A stretch of DNA of 45,117 nt, taken from Nitrospinales bacterium (GTDB lineage Bacteria > Nitrospinota_A > UBA7883 > JACRGQ01). Shown one piece after another: positions 19,245 through 29,550 of this stretch (the stretch's first letter is position 1; the number at the start of each line of letters is the position of its first letter). The notes beneath the pieces are model-generated. The model saw only the letters and a list, made by a program, of their open reading frames with translations, ran no database searches and was not told the DNA's origin. The stretch lies in contig JAHFEJ010000005.1 in assembly GCA_023248535.1 (NCBI GenBank), positions 19,456 through 64,572 of the forward strand, in the 5' to 3' direction. The position numbers and the translations under genes are program-made.

Positions 19245-20954
19245 ATGAAAATGGGCGAAGGCAGGCGTCTGTTCATCCTTATCAGCATTTTGTTGGTGGC
19301 GGGGTTCCTTGCAACCAGCCTTGCCAGCTATTTGATATCCAAGGCGGGGGTGCGCGAGGCAATCATCGCCCGCGAACTGCCGATCACCAGCGACAACATC
19401 TATTCGGAAATCCAGCGCGATCTTTTGCGCCCGATCTCAATTTCCTCATTCATGGCCAACGATACGTTTTTGCGCGATTGGACGTTGCGCGGCGAGCGCG
19501 AAACCGGCGAAGTGACGAGGTATCTCAAGGAAGTATCGAACAGGTATGGCGCGCTCACCTCGTTCTTCGTATCGGAAAAGACGGGCGTTTACTACCATGG
19601 GAACGGCATCCTGAAAAAAGTGCGGGAGGATGAACCGCGCGACATATGGTATTACCGTGTGCGGAACATGGCCCCGGATTATGAGATCAACGTCGATCTG
19701 GATATGGCGAACCGCGACACCATGACTATTTTCATCAACCACCGCGTGTTCGATTACAGCGGCCATTTCATCGGCGCCACCGGCGTCGGACTGGCGGTCG
19801 ATTCGGCGCGTCAGGTTATTGAAAATTATCAGAGGCGCTACGGCCGGAACATCTATTTTGTGGATCGCTCCGGGAAGGTGGTGCTGAAGGGGCGCGGCAG
19901 CACCGATTCGTACCGCACCATTCTTGAAAGGCCGGGCCTCAAGACAATCGCCCCCGCCATTCTTTCATCGGAGCAGGGGTCGTTTGAATATCGGCATCAG
20001 GGGAAGACGTTGCTGGTAAACGCCCGTTTCATAAAAGAGCTGCAATGGTATCTGATGGTTGAGCAGGATGTGGATCCCTCGCTCGCCAGTTTACGGAGAA
20101 CGCTATACGGCAATCTGGCGGTCTGCTTCGTTATCACTTTAATAGTTCTGACCGCTACCCGTTTCACTGTGGGCCGCTACCAGCGGCGCGTGGAAGAGCG
20201 CACCGAAGAGCTGCGGGTGGCGAAGGAACTGGCGGAAGACGCCACGCGCCTCAAGGACCGGTTTGTGGCGCTGGTCTCGCATAACCTCCGGGAACCGCTG
20301 GCGACGATCAAGGGGTATATCCAGCTTTCCCGCCAGGCGAATGACGGCGGCGAGGGCAATAAAACCGATTTTGGCGGTTGGCTGTCCACCTCGGAAAAGA
20401 TCGCCGATGATTTAATGGAGAGTGTTGGGAAGATACTTGATACAAGCCGGTTGCAGGCCGGCCAAATCAGTCTCAACAAAAGCCGCATTAACGTTCATGA
20501 CTTTGCGCAACGGTGGATGGACAAAGTATCCATCGCGGCGGCGCAAAAAGGGATCACGATACATAACGAAATCCCCCAAACATCCACGTTAACGGGTGAT
20601 GCCGACCTGCTTGGCGAAGTATTATTGAACCTTCTCACCAACGCCATCAAGTTCACCCGGCAGGGGGGAACCGTTACCCTTTCATCGCCCGCTCCCCATA
20701 TCCTAACCGTCAGGGATTCGGGCATCGGTGTCCACGAAGCCGTATTGCCCGATATCTTCAAGTATGAAGTGATGACCAGCACCAAAGGGACGGCCGGGGA
20801 ACGGGGAACCGGTTTTGGCCTGCCCTACTGCCAGGACATAATGAAAATCCACGGCGGCGTTTTACGGGTTGAAACATCCCCCTCGGGATCCGTTTTTTTC
20901 ATGGAATTTCCGCAAGAAAAGGCTTCCCCGCCTTCGGCCCCCTCAAACGGCTGA
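19245..20954 (+). CDS. Sensor histidine kinase with extracytoplasmic dCache-like domain
   Basis: TM, Cache-like region (D.WYY, IFINHRV, IGATGVGL), TM; H-box SHNLREP; NLLTNAIKF; DSGIG; GTGFGL; extended -10 TGGTAGAAT at 19168-19176. Confidence 0.9.
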   Translation: MKMGEGRRLFILISILLVAGFLATSLASYLISKAGVREAIIARELPITSDNIYSEIQRDLLRPISISSFMANDTFLRDWTLRGERETGEVTRYLKEVSNRYGALTSFFVSEKTGVYYHGNGILKKVREDEPRDIWYYRVRNMAPDYEINVDLDMANRDTMTIFINHRVFDYSGHFIGATGVGLAVDSARQVIENYQRRYGRNIYFVDRSGKVVLKGRGSTDSYRTILERPGLKTIAPAILSSEQGSFEYRHQGKTLLVNARFIKELQWYLMVEQDVDPSLASLRRTLYGNLAVCFVITLIVLTATRFTVGRYQRRVEERTEELRVAKELAEDATRLKDRFVALVSHNLREPLATIKGYIQLSRQANDGGEGNKTDFGGWLSTSEKIADDLMESVGKILDTSRLQAGQISLNKSRINVHDFAQRWMDKVSIAAAQKGITIHNEIPQTSTLTGDADLLGEVLLNLLTNAIKFTRQGGTVTLSSPAPHILTVRDSGIGVHEAVLPDIFKYEVMTSTKGTAGERGTGFGLPYCQDIMKIHGGVLRVETSPSGSVFFMEFPQEKASPPSAPSNG

Positions 20955-21060
20955 ACCTGCCGGGGTATCCCCTTTCGTCACTTAAAAAATCCATCCCCCG
21001 GAATCAAAAAGTAAAACTTTAGTTCCTGCAGTTCTTTCTTCCGTACCCCAAATAAGGCCT

Positions 21061-21087
21061 TATGGGAAATTTTTGCCGGGTCGATAA
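21061..21087 (+). promoter_or_regulatory. Possible sigma28 (FliA) promoter of flagellin
   Basis: -10 GTCGATAA (21080-21087) matches GCCGATAA at 7/8; the -35 (TATG at N15) is poor. Confidence 0.35.
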
Positions 21088-21107
21088 GTTATCTAGATAA
21101 AAGTAGA

Positions 21108-21499
21108 GAAGCGCCACGGGGTAAACAGCTGGCGTTTCGCAACGTAGGGTTTCAAAGGCCAGAACGCCGGGGGTACGGTGTTCCGCCGGTGGGTAACAAC
21201 CATCAACGGATACACGTCCCTCCGCCCGTTCTCCCTTAAAAAACTCCCGCCTGCGAACCGCGGCGAACGGGGCAATTCTCAAACGTAGGAACCGGATGGG
21301 GATCGACAAAACTTCATCCCAACTGCAAGGAGGAGTGCGGCCAAAAAAGAGCCTTTGAAACAGTTTCACAACATTTCCGGCTGGGGTGGCTGGAAATGCG
21401 GGCGCGCCGCCACGCGCGCCCGGCCGCCGTTTTGCGGCGGGACGCGGAAATTCCGCGATGGCAAGGCAAGGAAGCCAATTTTTCAAGGAGGATACGGTC
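21108..21499 (+). ncRNA. Candidate highly structured 5' leader / cis-regulatory RNA of flagellin (unassigned family)
   Basis: About 11 stems, including a perfect 11-bp long-range helix 21149-21159/21351-21361 that encloses four hairpins; several G-U pairs on the + strand. Confidence 0.55.
21465..21493 (+). promoter_or_regulatory. Putative CsrA/RsmA binding sites at the flagellin RBS
   Basis: GGC-AAGGAA-GCC hairpin with GGA in the loop, followed by CAAGGAGGA overlapping the Shine-Dalgarno; same arrangement as CsrA-regulated flagellin (hag) leaders. Confidence 0.65.
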
Positions 21500-22351
21500 A
21501 TGGCTTTACGAGTTTATAACAACCTTTTCTCGGTCAACGCGCAAAGAAACCTGGCGACGAACAGCAGCAACCTGGGTTCATCGCTGGAAAAACTCTCTTC
21601 AGGTATGCGGATAAACAAGGCGGCGGACGACGCGGCCGGGTTGTCCATTTCAGAAGGTCTGCGGTCGCAGATCCGCTCGCTGAACCAGGCTACCCGCAAC
21701 GGCAATGACGGCATCAGCCTCATCAACACGGCGGAAGGGGCGCTCTCCGAGCAGTCCTCGATCCTCGTCCGTATGCGCGAACTGGCCTCGCAGGCCGCTA
21801 CCGGCACCGTCGGCAGCACCGAACGCAGAACGATTGACCGCGAATTCCAGGCGCTTAAGCAGGAAGTCGACCGTATCGCCTCGGTGACGGAATTTAACGG
21901 CCAAAAGCTGGTTGACGGTTCGCTTAGCTCCGCCGCGACTTCTTCGGTGGTTATTCAGGTCGGTATCCGCGCGACTACCAACGACCGGCTCAACCTGAAC
22001 ACCGCAGTCGACCTGACCGCCATCACCACCACCGGGCTGGCGGTACAGAACACCAACGTGCTCACCGCGCAATCCGCATTGGCTTCGCTGGGGAGCATCG
22101 ACAGCGCCATCAGCAAAGTGACGGATGGCCGCGGCCGCCTTGGCGCCGTGCAGAACCGCTTGGTGCACACGCTGGCCAACCTGTCGGTATCGGCTGAAAA
22201 CCTGACCGCCGCCGAATCGCAGATCCGCGACGCGGACTATGCGACGGAAATCTCGAAGTTCACCCGGAACCAGATACTGGTGCAGGCTTCGACTTCGATC
22301 TTGGCACAGGCGAACATGGTGCCCCAGACCGTGCTGCAGCTCCTTGGCTGA
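21500..22351 (+). CDS. fliC: Flagellin (short, 283 aa)
   Basis: SLEKLSSGMRINKAADDAAGLSISE, NDGISLINTAEGAL, RMRELASQAA, LGAVQNRL, ESQIRDADYA, SILAQAN; ATG 21500 after AAGGAGG. Confidence 0.97.
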   Translation: MALRVYNNLFSVNAQRNLATNSSNLGSSLEKLSSGMRINKAADDAAGLSISEGLRSQIRSLNQATRNGNDGISLINTAEGALSEQSSILVRMRELASQAATGTVGSTERRTIDREFQALKQEVDRIASVTEFNGQKLVDGSLSSAATSSVVIQVGIRATTNDRLNLNTAVDLTAITTTGLAVQNTNVLTAQSALASLGSIDSAISKVTDGRGRLGAVQNRLVHTLANLSVSAENLTAAESQIRDADYATEISKFTRNQILVQASTSILAQANMVPQTVLQLLG

Positions 22352-22367
22352 TTCCACAAACGCAGAC

Positions 22368-22391
22368 CGCGCCCCGCGAAAGCGGGGCGCG
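22368..22391 (+). terminator. Strong GC hairpin between convergent fliC and ispD (terminator or 3' stabiliser)
   Basis: CGCGCCCCGC-GAAA-GCGGGGCGCG; no U-tract. Confidence 0.5.
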
Positions 22392-22420
22392 TAACGGCGC
22401 GCCCTAAACAGGGAGGCTTT

Positions 22421-23134
22421 CTAAATGCGGGCGGGGCCCTTCACAAAAGGGCTCCGCTCCGCTATTACCTGCGCCAGCCGGAAATCGTCCGGCATGGTGA
22501 TCTTCATATTCGCGATTTCGCCCGGAACCCACGCGACCTTTATCCCGGCCTGCTGCAGTAGCGAGGTTTCGTCGGTCCATTCCTTCCCTTCGTTCTTCAG
22601 CCGCTCGTGTGCGGTGATGATGTCCGCCGCGCGGAAGACTTGCGGTGTCTGAATGAGCAGCGCCGCGGCGCGGTCGAGCGGTTGTCCCAAAAAATCGCCG
22701 TCGCGCATTTTCAGCGTGTCATACACGGGCAGGGCGGCGGTGGCGGCGCCGTGCCGCAGCGCGGCTTCGATGGTGCGGCGCACCAGCGTGGGAGTGACGA
22801 ATGGGCGCGCCGCATCGTGCGCCAAAATCCATTCGGTGCCAGCGGCCCGCACCCCGTTATAAACCGAATTGGCGCGTGTGGCGCCCCCCGCGGCAACGCG
22901 GGATACTTTCGGCCAGCGGGGATTTCCCACGTATTTTTCGGTCATGCGCGCCACATCATCCGGCGGAGCCACCAGGATGATGGATGTTATTTCCGCGGCG
23001 TGGGAAATGGCGGCAAGCGTCCAATCGAGAAGGGGATGCCCATTCAGCTCCATAAACTGTTTGGGAACGGCGGAGGCCATGCGGCTGCCGGATCCGGCGG
23101 CGGGGATTACCGCCGTGACGGGGGGGGGGCCCAC
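22421..23134 (-). CDS. ispD: 2-C-methyl-D-erythritol 4-phosphate cytidylyltransferase
   Basis: PAAGSGSRM..PKQF, GGATRANSV, HDAARPF, DTLK, QTPQVF, TDE, N.KIT..D. Confidence 0.95.
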   Translation of the reverse strand: MGPPPVTAVIPAAGSGSRMASAVPKQFMELNGHPLLDWTLAAISHAAEITSIILVAPPDDVARMTEKYVGNPRWPKVSRVAAGGATRANSVYNGVRAAGTEWILAHDAARPFVTPTLVRRTIEAALRHGAATAALPVYDTLKMRDGDFLGQPLDRAAALLIQTPQVFRAADIITAHERLKNEGKEWTDETSLLQQAGIKVAWVPGEIANMKITMPDDFRLAQVIAERSPFVKGPARI

Positions 23135-23141
23135 AGCGAAC

Positions 23142-24188
23142 TTATTCCCTTTCAGCGGCGCTGGCCACGCCGGGTTCCGAAAGGAATTTCGCGAATATCA
23201 TCCGTCCCGTGGGGGTTTGCAGCACGGAGGTTACCTGCACATTCACCTTGTGGCCGATCCGCTTGCGGGCGTTATCCACCACCACCATGGTGCCGTCTTC
23301 CAGATAGGCAAGCCCCTGGCCCGGCTCTTTGCCTTCCTTCACCACCAACATGGAGGGGAGTTCTTCGCCCGGCAACAGCAGCGGCCGGGTGGAGGTGGCG
23401 AGAAGATTGAGGTTCACCACGCCGACGTTGTGCAGTTCGGCGAGTTTGTTAAGGTTGAAATCGTTGGTGACTATTTTGCCGTCGATCTTTTTGCACAGCT
23501 CTATCAGTTTGTGATCCACTTCTTTGATACGCGGGAAATCCTCGTTCACTATCCGCACGTCGAACTGGGCGTTCTGCTGGAGGCGGTGCACCACTTCAAT
23601 TCCGCGCCGGCCACGGGTTTTTTTCAGTTCATCGTCCGAGTCTGCGATCTGGTGCAGCTCGGCCAGCACGAACGCGGGAACCACAATGGTTCCATCCATA
23701 AAACCGGTTTCCGCCACGTCGGCGATCCGTCCATCAATAAGCACACTGGTATCCAGCACTTTCGGCAAAAGGCCGAAATCCGATTTTCCCCTGATGATCT
23801 TGCCGATGATGGTAAGGTCCACCTCCTCAATGATACGCAGGCCGATGGAGGCGCCGATGAACGCGGCGGTGAGATTCACCATGAGGATGAGGGTGCGGTT
23901 TCCCGTGGAAGGGGTGAGCGAAAGGCCGGTCAGCGCGTAGGTCAGGAGGTTGGCCAGGATGAGCGCCGTGAATATGCCGAACGCCGCTCCGGCGATGGAC
24001 CGGAGTTTCAGCGTGCGGAGCTTCATTTCCACGGCCACCGCCAGTCCGGCTATCACAATGCCAAAAACCGCCCCTTCGGCGATGGAGAGGATGCGAAGGG
24101 TGTAATAAACGCCGCTGGCCCCCAAGTGGCCGATAAAGCCGCCAAGAACGGCCCCGACAAGGATGAAGAGCAGGCGGAACATCAACAT
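23142..24188 (-). CDS. Membrane PIN/TRAM domain protein (YacL-like)
   Basis: Four TM segments; KVLDTSVLIDGRI, RGRRG, TNDFNLNK, GKEPGQGLAYLEDGTMVVV, VTSVLQTPTGRMIF. Confidence 0.92.
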   Translation of the reverse strand: MLMFRLLFILVGAVLGGFIGHLGASGVYYTLRILSIAEGAVFGIVIAGLAVAVEMKLRTLKLRSIAGAAFGIFTALILANLLTYALTGLSLTPSTGNRTLILMVNLTAAFIGASIGLRIIEEVDLTIIGKIIRGKSDFGLLPKVLDTSVLIDGRIADVAETGFMDGTIVVPAFVLAELHQIADSDDELKKTRGRRGIEVVHRLQQNAQFDVRIVNEDFPRIKEVDHKLIELCKKIDGKIVTNDFNLNKLAELHNVGVVNLNLLATSTRPLLLPGEELPSMLVVKEGKEPGQGLAYLEDGTMVVVDNARKRIGHKVNVQVTSVLQTPTGRMIFAKFLSEPGVASAAERE

Positions 24189-24213
24189 CGGGATGCCTTA
24201 CCCGCGGATTTCG

Positions 24214-24717
24214 TCAGGCGGTGAACGCCTTATCGAGCAATTTGGCGGCGGCGTCCTTCTCGATTCCCTTTGCCTCGGCAATTTCCATCACCATAAGCTG
24301 CCGGACATTGTCGTACATCCGCTGCTCGCCGAAGGAAAGTTCCTTCTTTGCCTGGATGAGGGTAAGCTCACGCAGTATCTCCGCCAGTTCCAGAACCGAG
24401 CCGGATTTAATGCGGTCGATGTAGCTTTTTTGCCGCTTGTGCCAGTTTACGCCGTTGGCAACTTTTCCTTTTTCGCGCAACAGCTTAAGAACTTTACGCA
24501 CTTCCCCTTCGGACATCACGTTGCGGATGCCGACCTGCTGGGCGCGGGAGGAGGGAACGCGGATCGTCATGCCCGATTCGTCAATTCTGATCGTATAAAA
24601 CTGAACCGCCGCGCCGTTCGTTTTTATTTTCTCGATCTTCTCGATTATGCCAACGCCATGCGCGGGATAAACAACGCGCGCGCCTCTTTTCAGTTCCGAA
24701 AACTCTTTCTCTTCCAA
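24214..24717 (-). CDS. carD: CarD-family RNA polymerase-binding transcription factor
   Basis: VVYPAHGVG.IE.IE, I.VP, NWHKR (conserved Trp), LSFGE; TTG start after GAGGT. Confidence 0.9.
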   Translation of the reverse strand: MEEKEFSELKRGARVVYPAHGVGIIEKIEKIKTNGAAVQFYTIRIDESGMTIRVPSSRAQQVGIRNVMSEGEVRKVLKLLREKGKVANGVNWHKRQKSYIDRIKSGSVLELAEILRELTLIQAKKELSFGEQRMYDNVRQLMVMEIAEAKGIEKDAAAKLLDKAFTA

Positions 24718-24771
24718 CTGCTGCCACCTCTCTGGAATCGTGAATTGACGCGGTAAGATATTGTGGAAATG

Positions 24772-24800
24772 ATAATAACACCAACTTAACATTAAGTCAA
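24772..24800 (-). promoter_or_regulatory. sigma70 promoter of carD-yacL-ispD
   Basis: Minus strand TTGACT-N17-TATTAT with an extended TG motif. Confidence 0.7.
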
Positions 24801-25063
24801 TGAAATGTGGTGTCAGGGGGCGCTATCGCATGAAACTTGCTATGGACACTAGGTAGCTATAAACAATTAGATAGGCGCAATATCATAATAACTCACAATA
24901 ATTATGGAATAATACATAGTCGGCTGTCTTGGCGTATCTCTTTGTTTCTACGAGGTTTATATTTATGTGCCGATTTTTCCCCCCTTTTTGGGGGTTATTC
25001 TAAAAATAGTTGATTTTTAATGTGATAAGCGGGTAAAGTTATTCCATTGCGAAAAATTGAAAT

Positions 25064-25930
25064 ATGATTGAAAAACCATTATTTAAAACCGCTGTTATCA
25101 TCGGTGTGGGGCTTATCGGCGGATCGATAGCTCGGGTTTTGAAAAATCGCGGGGTGGCCAAGCGGGTAATTGGTGTGGGACGGAGCGAGGCGAACCTGAA
25201 GGCCGCCCTCGACCTTGGCATTATCGATGCCGCGCTTCCCGCCGCCGAGGCGGTAAAGGAAGCCGATTTTATCGTGCTCTGCGTTCCGGTACTTTCCATT
25301 ATCCCAACCCTTGAAGCGATTGCGCCGCACATTAAAAACGGGGCGCTGGTCTCCGATGGCGGTTCCACAAAGAAAGAGATCGTGGAACGCGGAGAGAAGA
25401 TCGCCGACGGACGGTTTGTGTTTATCGGCTCGCATCCGGTCGCCGGCACCGAAAAGTCGGGGGCCGCGTCATCGTTTGAAACGCTTTTTGACAACCATCT
25501 CTGTATAATCACCCCCACCCCGAACACGCCCGCCGAACCGCTGGAAAAACTGACGGCTTTCTGGCATGCGGCGGGAATGAAGACTGTCCGGATGGATCCC
25601 TCCAGGCACGATACCGTTATGGGGGCGGTGAGCCACCTGCCGCATCTGGTAGCGTTTGCGCTGACGAACACCGTAAGCCAATTCGACGAAGGGGAGAACC
25701 TTCTGGGTTTCGCCGCCGGAGGATTCCGCGATACCACCCGCATCGCCAGCTCGCCTCCCGATATGTGGGCCGATATCGCGCTGGCGAACAGAGCCGAGAT
25801 GATGAAGATGTCCGCCACCATGCGGAAAAACCTCGCCGCCATCGAAAGCGCGATCCAATCGGGCGACCGCGAAGCGCTTATGCGGATGTTCAAGCAGGCG
25901 AACGAATTCAGGGAAAAACTGAAAAAGTGA
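25064..25930 (+). CDS. tyrA: Prephenate/arogenate dehydrogenase
   Basis: IIGVGLIGGS, DGGSTK, FIGSHPVAGTEKSG, HD...VSHLPH, GGFRDTTRIASS.P.MW. Confidence 0.93.
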   Translation: MIEKPLFKTAVIIGVGLIGGSIARVLKNRGVAKRVIGVGRSEANLKAALDLGIIDAALPAAEAVKEADFIVLCVPVLSIIPTLEAIAPHIKNGALVSDGGSTKKEIVERGEKIADGRFVFIGSHPVAGTEKSGAASSFETLFDNHLCIITPTPNTPAEPLEKLTAFWHAAGMKTVRMDPSRHDTVMGAVSHLPHLVAFALTNTVSQFDEGENLLGFAAGGFRDTTRIASSPPDMWADIALANRAEMMKMSATMRKNLAAIESAIQSGDREALMRMFKQANEFREKLKK

Positions 25931-26574
25931 TCATCACGCTTGATGGGCCGGCGGGAAGCGGAAAGAGCACCACCGCGCGCGCATTGGCGAAAAAACTGGG
26001 GGGGGTCTATCTGGATACCGGGGCTATGTACCGCTCGGTGACGTTGATAGCCCTTGAAAGCAAAATAAATCTTGCCGACGCGGTGAAAGTGGACGCCATT
26101 GCCCGCTCGATCGCCATCGATTTTAAGGAATCGGAGAACGGCCAAAAAGTGTTCATCAACGGACGCGATGTCACCGCCGCCATCCGCGCTCCGGAAGTCG
26201 ATGCCAGCGTGTCCACCGTCTCGGCGCACCCCGGCGTCCGGGAAAAAATGGTGGCCCAGCAGCGCAGTATCGCGCAAAAACACAAAACGGTTATTGTGGA
26301 AGGGCGCGACACCGGAAGCGTCGTTTTCCCGAATGCCGACCATAAATTCTTTCTCAACGCCAATCCATCCGAGCGGGGCAAACGGCGGGCTTTGCAGACG
26401 GGGCAAGCTGTAGACAAGGTGCAAGACATTGCAAAACAGATAGTTGAGCGTGATTCCAAGGATTCCAGCCGGTTAGTCTCTCCGCTGGTGGTTCCGTCCG
26501 GCGCGGTTGAAATAGATAATTCCCAATTAAGCCTTGACGAGACTCTACAAAAAATCTTACAATTTCTCGCTTAA
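25927..26574 (+). CDS. cmk: Cytidylate kinase
   Basis: ITLDGPAGSGKST, YLDTGAMYR, EGRDTGSVVFP; GTGA overlap with the tyrA stop. Confidence 0.96.
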   Translation: MIITLDGPAGSGKSTTARALAKKLGGVYLDTGAMYRSVTLIALESKINLADAVKVDAIARSIAIDFKESENGQKVFINGRDVTAAIRAPEVDASVSTVSAHPGVREKMVAQQRSIAQKHKTVIVEGRDTGSVVFPNADHKFFLNANPSERGKRRALQTGQAVDKVQDIAKQIVERDSKDSSRLVSPLVVPSGAVEIDNSQLSLDETLQKILQFLA

Positions 26575-26620
26575 TGCGGCAGGCGCCGCAAATATTCAAT
26601 AACAGGAGGTTCTAAACGTA

Positions 26621-28294
<1,674 letters not shown>

Positions 28295-28306
28295 CCGAAC
28301 TGAATA

Positions 28307-29227
28307 ATGGAAAACCCGGCCACTAGCTCCAATAAAAAAGGGCTGCTGGCCGGGTTTATTCTTTTAATAGCCCTTTCCGCGGGCTTCATAGCCCTCATCT
28401 CCATCCTTCCTTTCGGCGGTGGCGGCAGTGAAAAAATCGCTTCCATCGGCAAGGATAAGATCGGCGTGGTCGAAGTCTTCGGCGCCATTATGACCGCCGA
28501 AGAGACCGTGAAGCAGATCAAGGAATACGCCAACGACAAGTCGATCAAGGCCATCATCATCCGCATCGATTCCCCCGGCGGGGCCGTCGCCCCCTCGCAG
28601 GAGATTCACGACGCCATCATCGCCGCGCGGCAGAAGAAAAAAGTGGTCGCCAGCATGGCCACCCTCGGCGCGTCCGGCGGCTATTACATCGCCGTGGCGG
28701 CCGATAAGATCATCTGCAACCCCGGCACGCTCACCGGCTCCATCGGCGTCATCATGAACCTGATGAACGTGCAGGAACTGATGGGGAAGATCGGCGTTCA
28801 GCCGATGGTGGTGAAAAGCGGCGAGTTCAAGGATACCGGCTCCGCCTTCCGCCCAATGACCGACCGCGAAAAGAAGGTGGTGCAGGATATGATCGACGAC
28901 GTGTACGGCCAGTTCGTAGCCGCCGTCGCCAAAGGGCGCAACATGCCCGAAGCGAAGGTGCGCGAGCTTGCCGACGGACGGGTGTATACCGGCAACCAGG
29001 CGAAGAACAACGGCATGGTGGACGCCCTGGGCGGCATGGAAGAGGCGGTGAAACTCACCGCGCAGCTTGCCGGTATCAGCGGCGAACCGGCGCTGGTGCG
29101 CCACGAGGAGAAAATGCTCTGGCTGAAAGAGCTGATGAGCGAAAAAATGGCCGGCAAATTCGATTGGCTGCTCAATGAAGTCGCCGTCCACAAGCCGGGC
29201 GTCTACTACCTCTGGTCGATGAACTGA
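28307..29227 (+). CDS. sppA: Signal peptide peptidase SppA (S49, short form)
   Basis: N-terminal TM; RIDSPGG, ASGGYYIA, TGSIGV, KSGEFKD, ADGRVYTG. Confidence 0.94.
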   Translation: MENPATSSNKKGLLAGFILLIALSAGFIALISILPFGGGGSEKIASIGKDKIGVVEVFGAIMTAEETVKQIKEYANDKSIKAIIIRIDSPGGAVAPSQEIHDAIIAARQKKKVVASMATLGASGGYYIAVAADKIICNPGTLTGSIGVIMNLMNVQELMGKIGVQPMVVKSGEFKDTGSAFRPMTDREKKVVQDMIDDVYGQFVAAVAKGRNMPEAKVRELADGRVYTGNQAKNNGMVDALGGMEEAVKLTAQLAGISGEPALVRHEEKMLWLKELMSEKMAGKFDWLLNEVAVHKPGVYYLWSMN

Positions 29228-29242
29228 CCTCAATCTTTCTTG

Positions 29243-29500
29243 GTGAGTACATGCTCACAGCATGTACATTGGCGCAAAGCGCCGATTGCTTGTCATCCCG
29301 CACTTGATGCAGGATCCAGACATATTTTCAAAGCTCTCTTATTCCACTTAGTGGGTACCCAATTTATTGGGTACATTGGCCCAAAGGGCCGACTTCTCTT
29401 GGCGCTGCACGCCAATGTACCCAATAAATTGTGTATTCACCTATATTGAAGAAAGTTTTGATAATATTTCTGGGTGCCGGGTTATAAACCCGGCGCGACA
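29243..29500. repeat. Composite REP-like palindrome cluster (REP doublet nested inside a GTC-tagged element, plus an extra REP copy)
   Basis: GTGrrTAC-hairpin-GTACATTGGC copies at 29243-29285, 29351-29392 and inverted at 29411-29440 (27/30 identity); outer arms TGTCATCCCGCACTTGATGCAGGATCCAG (29291-29319) and CTGGGTGCCGGGTTATAAACCCGGCGCGACA (29470-29500). Confidence 0.85.
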
Positions 29501-29515
29501 TCCATAACCAAAGGG

Positions 29516-29544
29516 TTGGCAAAGGGGCGGCACATACCTATAAT
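29516..29544 (+). promoter_or_regulatory. sigma70 promoter, probable leaderless start of the HDAC-family gene
   Basis: TTGGCA-N17-TATAAT, 6 nt before ATG 29551; no Shine-Dalgarno. Confidence 0.7.
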
Positions 29545-29550
29545 CCCCAC

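Noticed and set aside
21019-21501. 160-aa minus-strand ORF and the 38-aa N-terminal extension of flagellin (21386)
   Set aside because: Pro/Arg-rich translation of GC hairpins; flagellin has a strong RBS directly before ATG 21500
22361-22420. Possible c-di-GMP-I riboswitch (GAAA tetraloop hairpin followed by CCTAAA)
   Set aside because: Lies 3' of flagellin between convergent genes and lacks the GGCAAA / GACGCAAAGC core; treated as a simple hairpin
24800-25063. AT-rich stretch as a possible foreign insert or replication origin
   Set aside because: Ordinary divergent promoter region between carD and tyrA; no DnaA-box array or terminal repeats were noticed
29243-29440. Possible CRISPR mini-array
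   Set aside because: Only three copies, one inverted, with irregular spacing, and no cas genes; a REP-like structure explains it better
29240-29449. 69-aa ORF (…CHPALDAGSRHIFKAL…) and the 79-83-aa ORFs at 10780-11175
   Set aside because: Translations of the palindromic repeat elements, not credible genes
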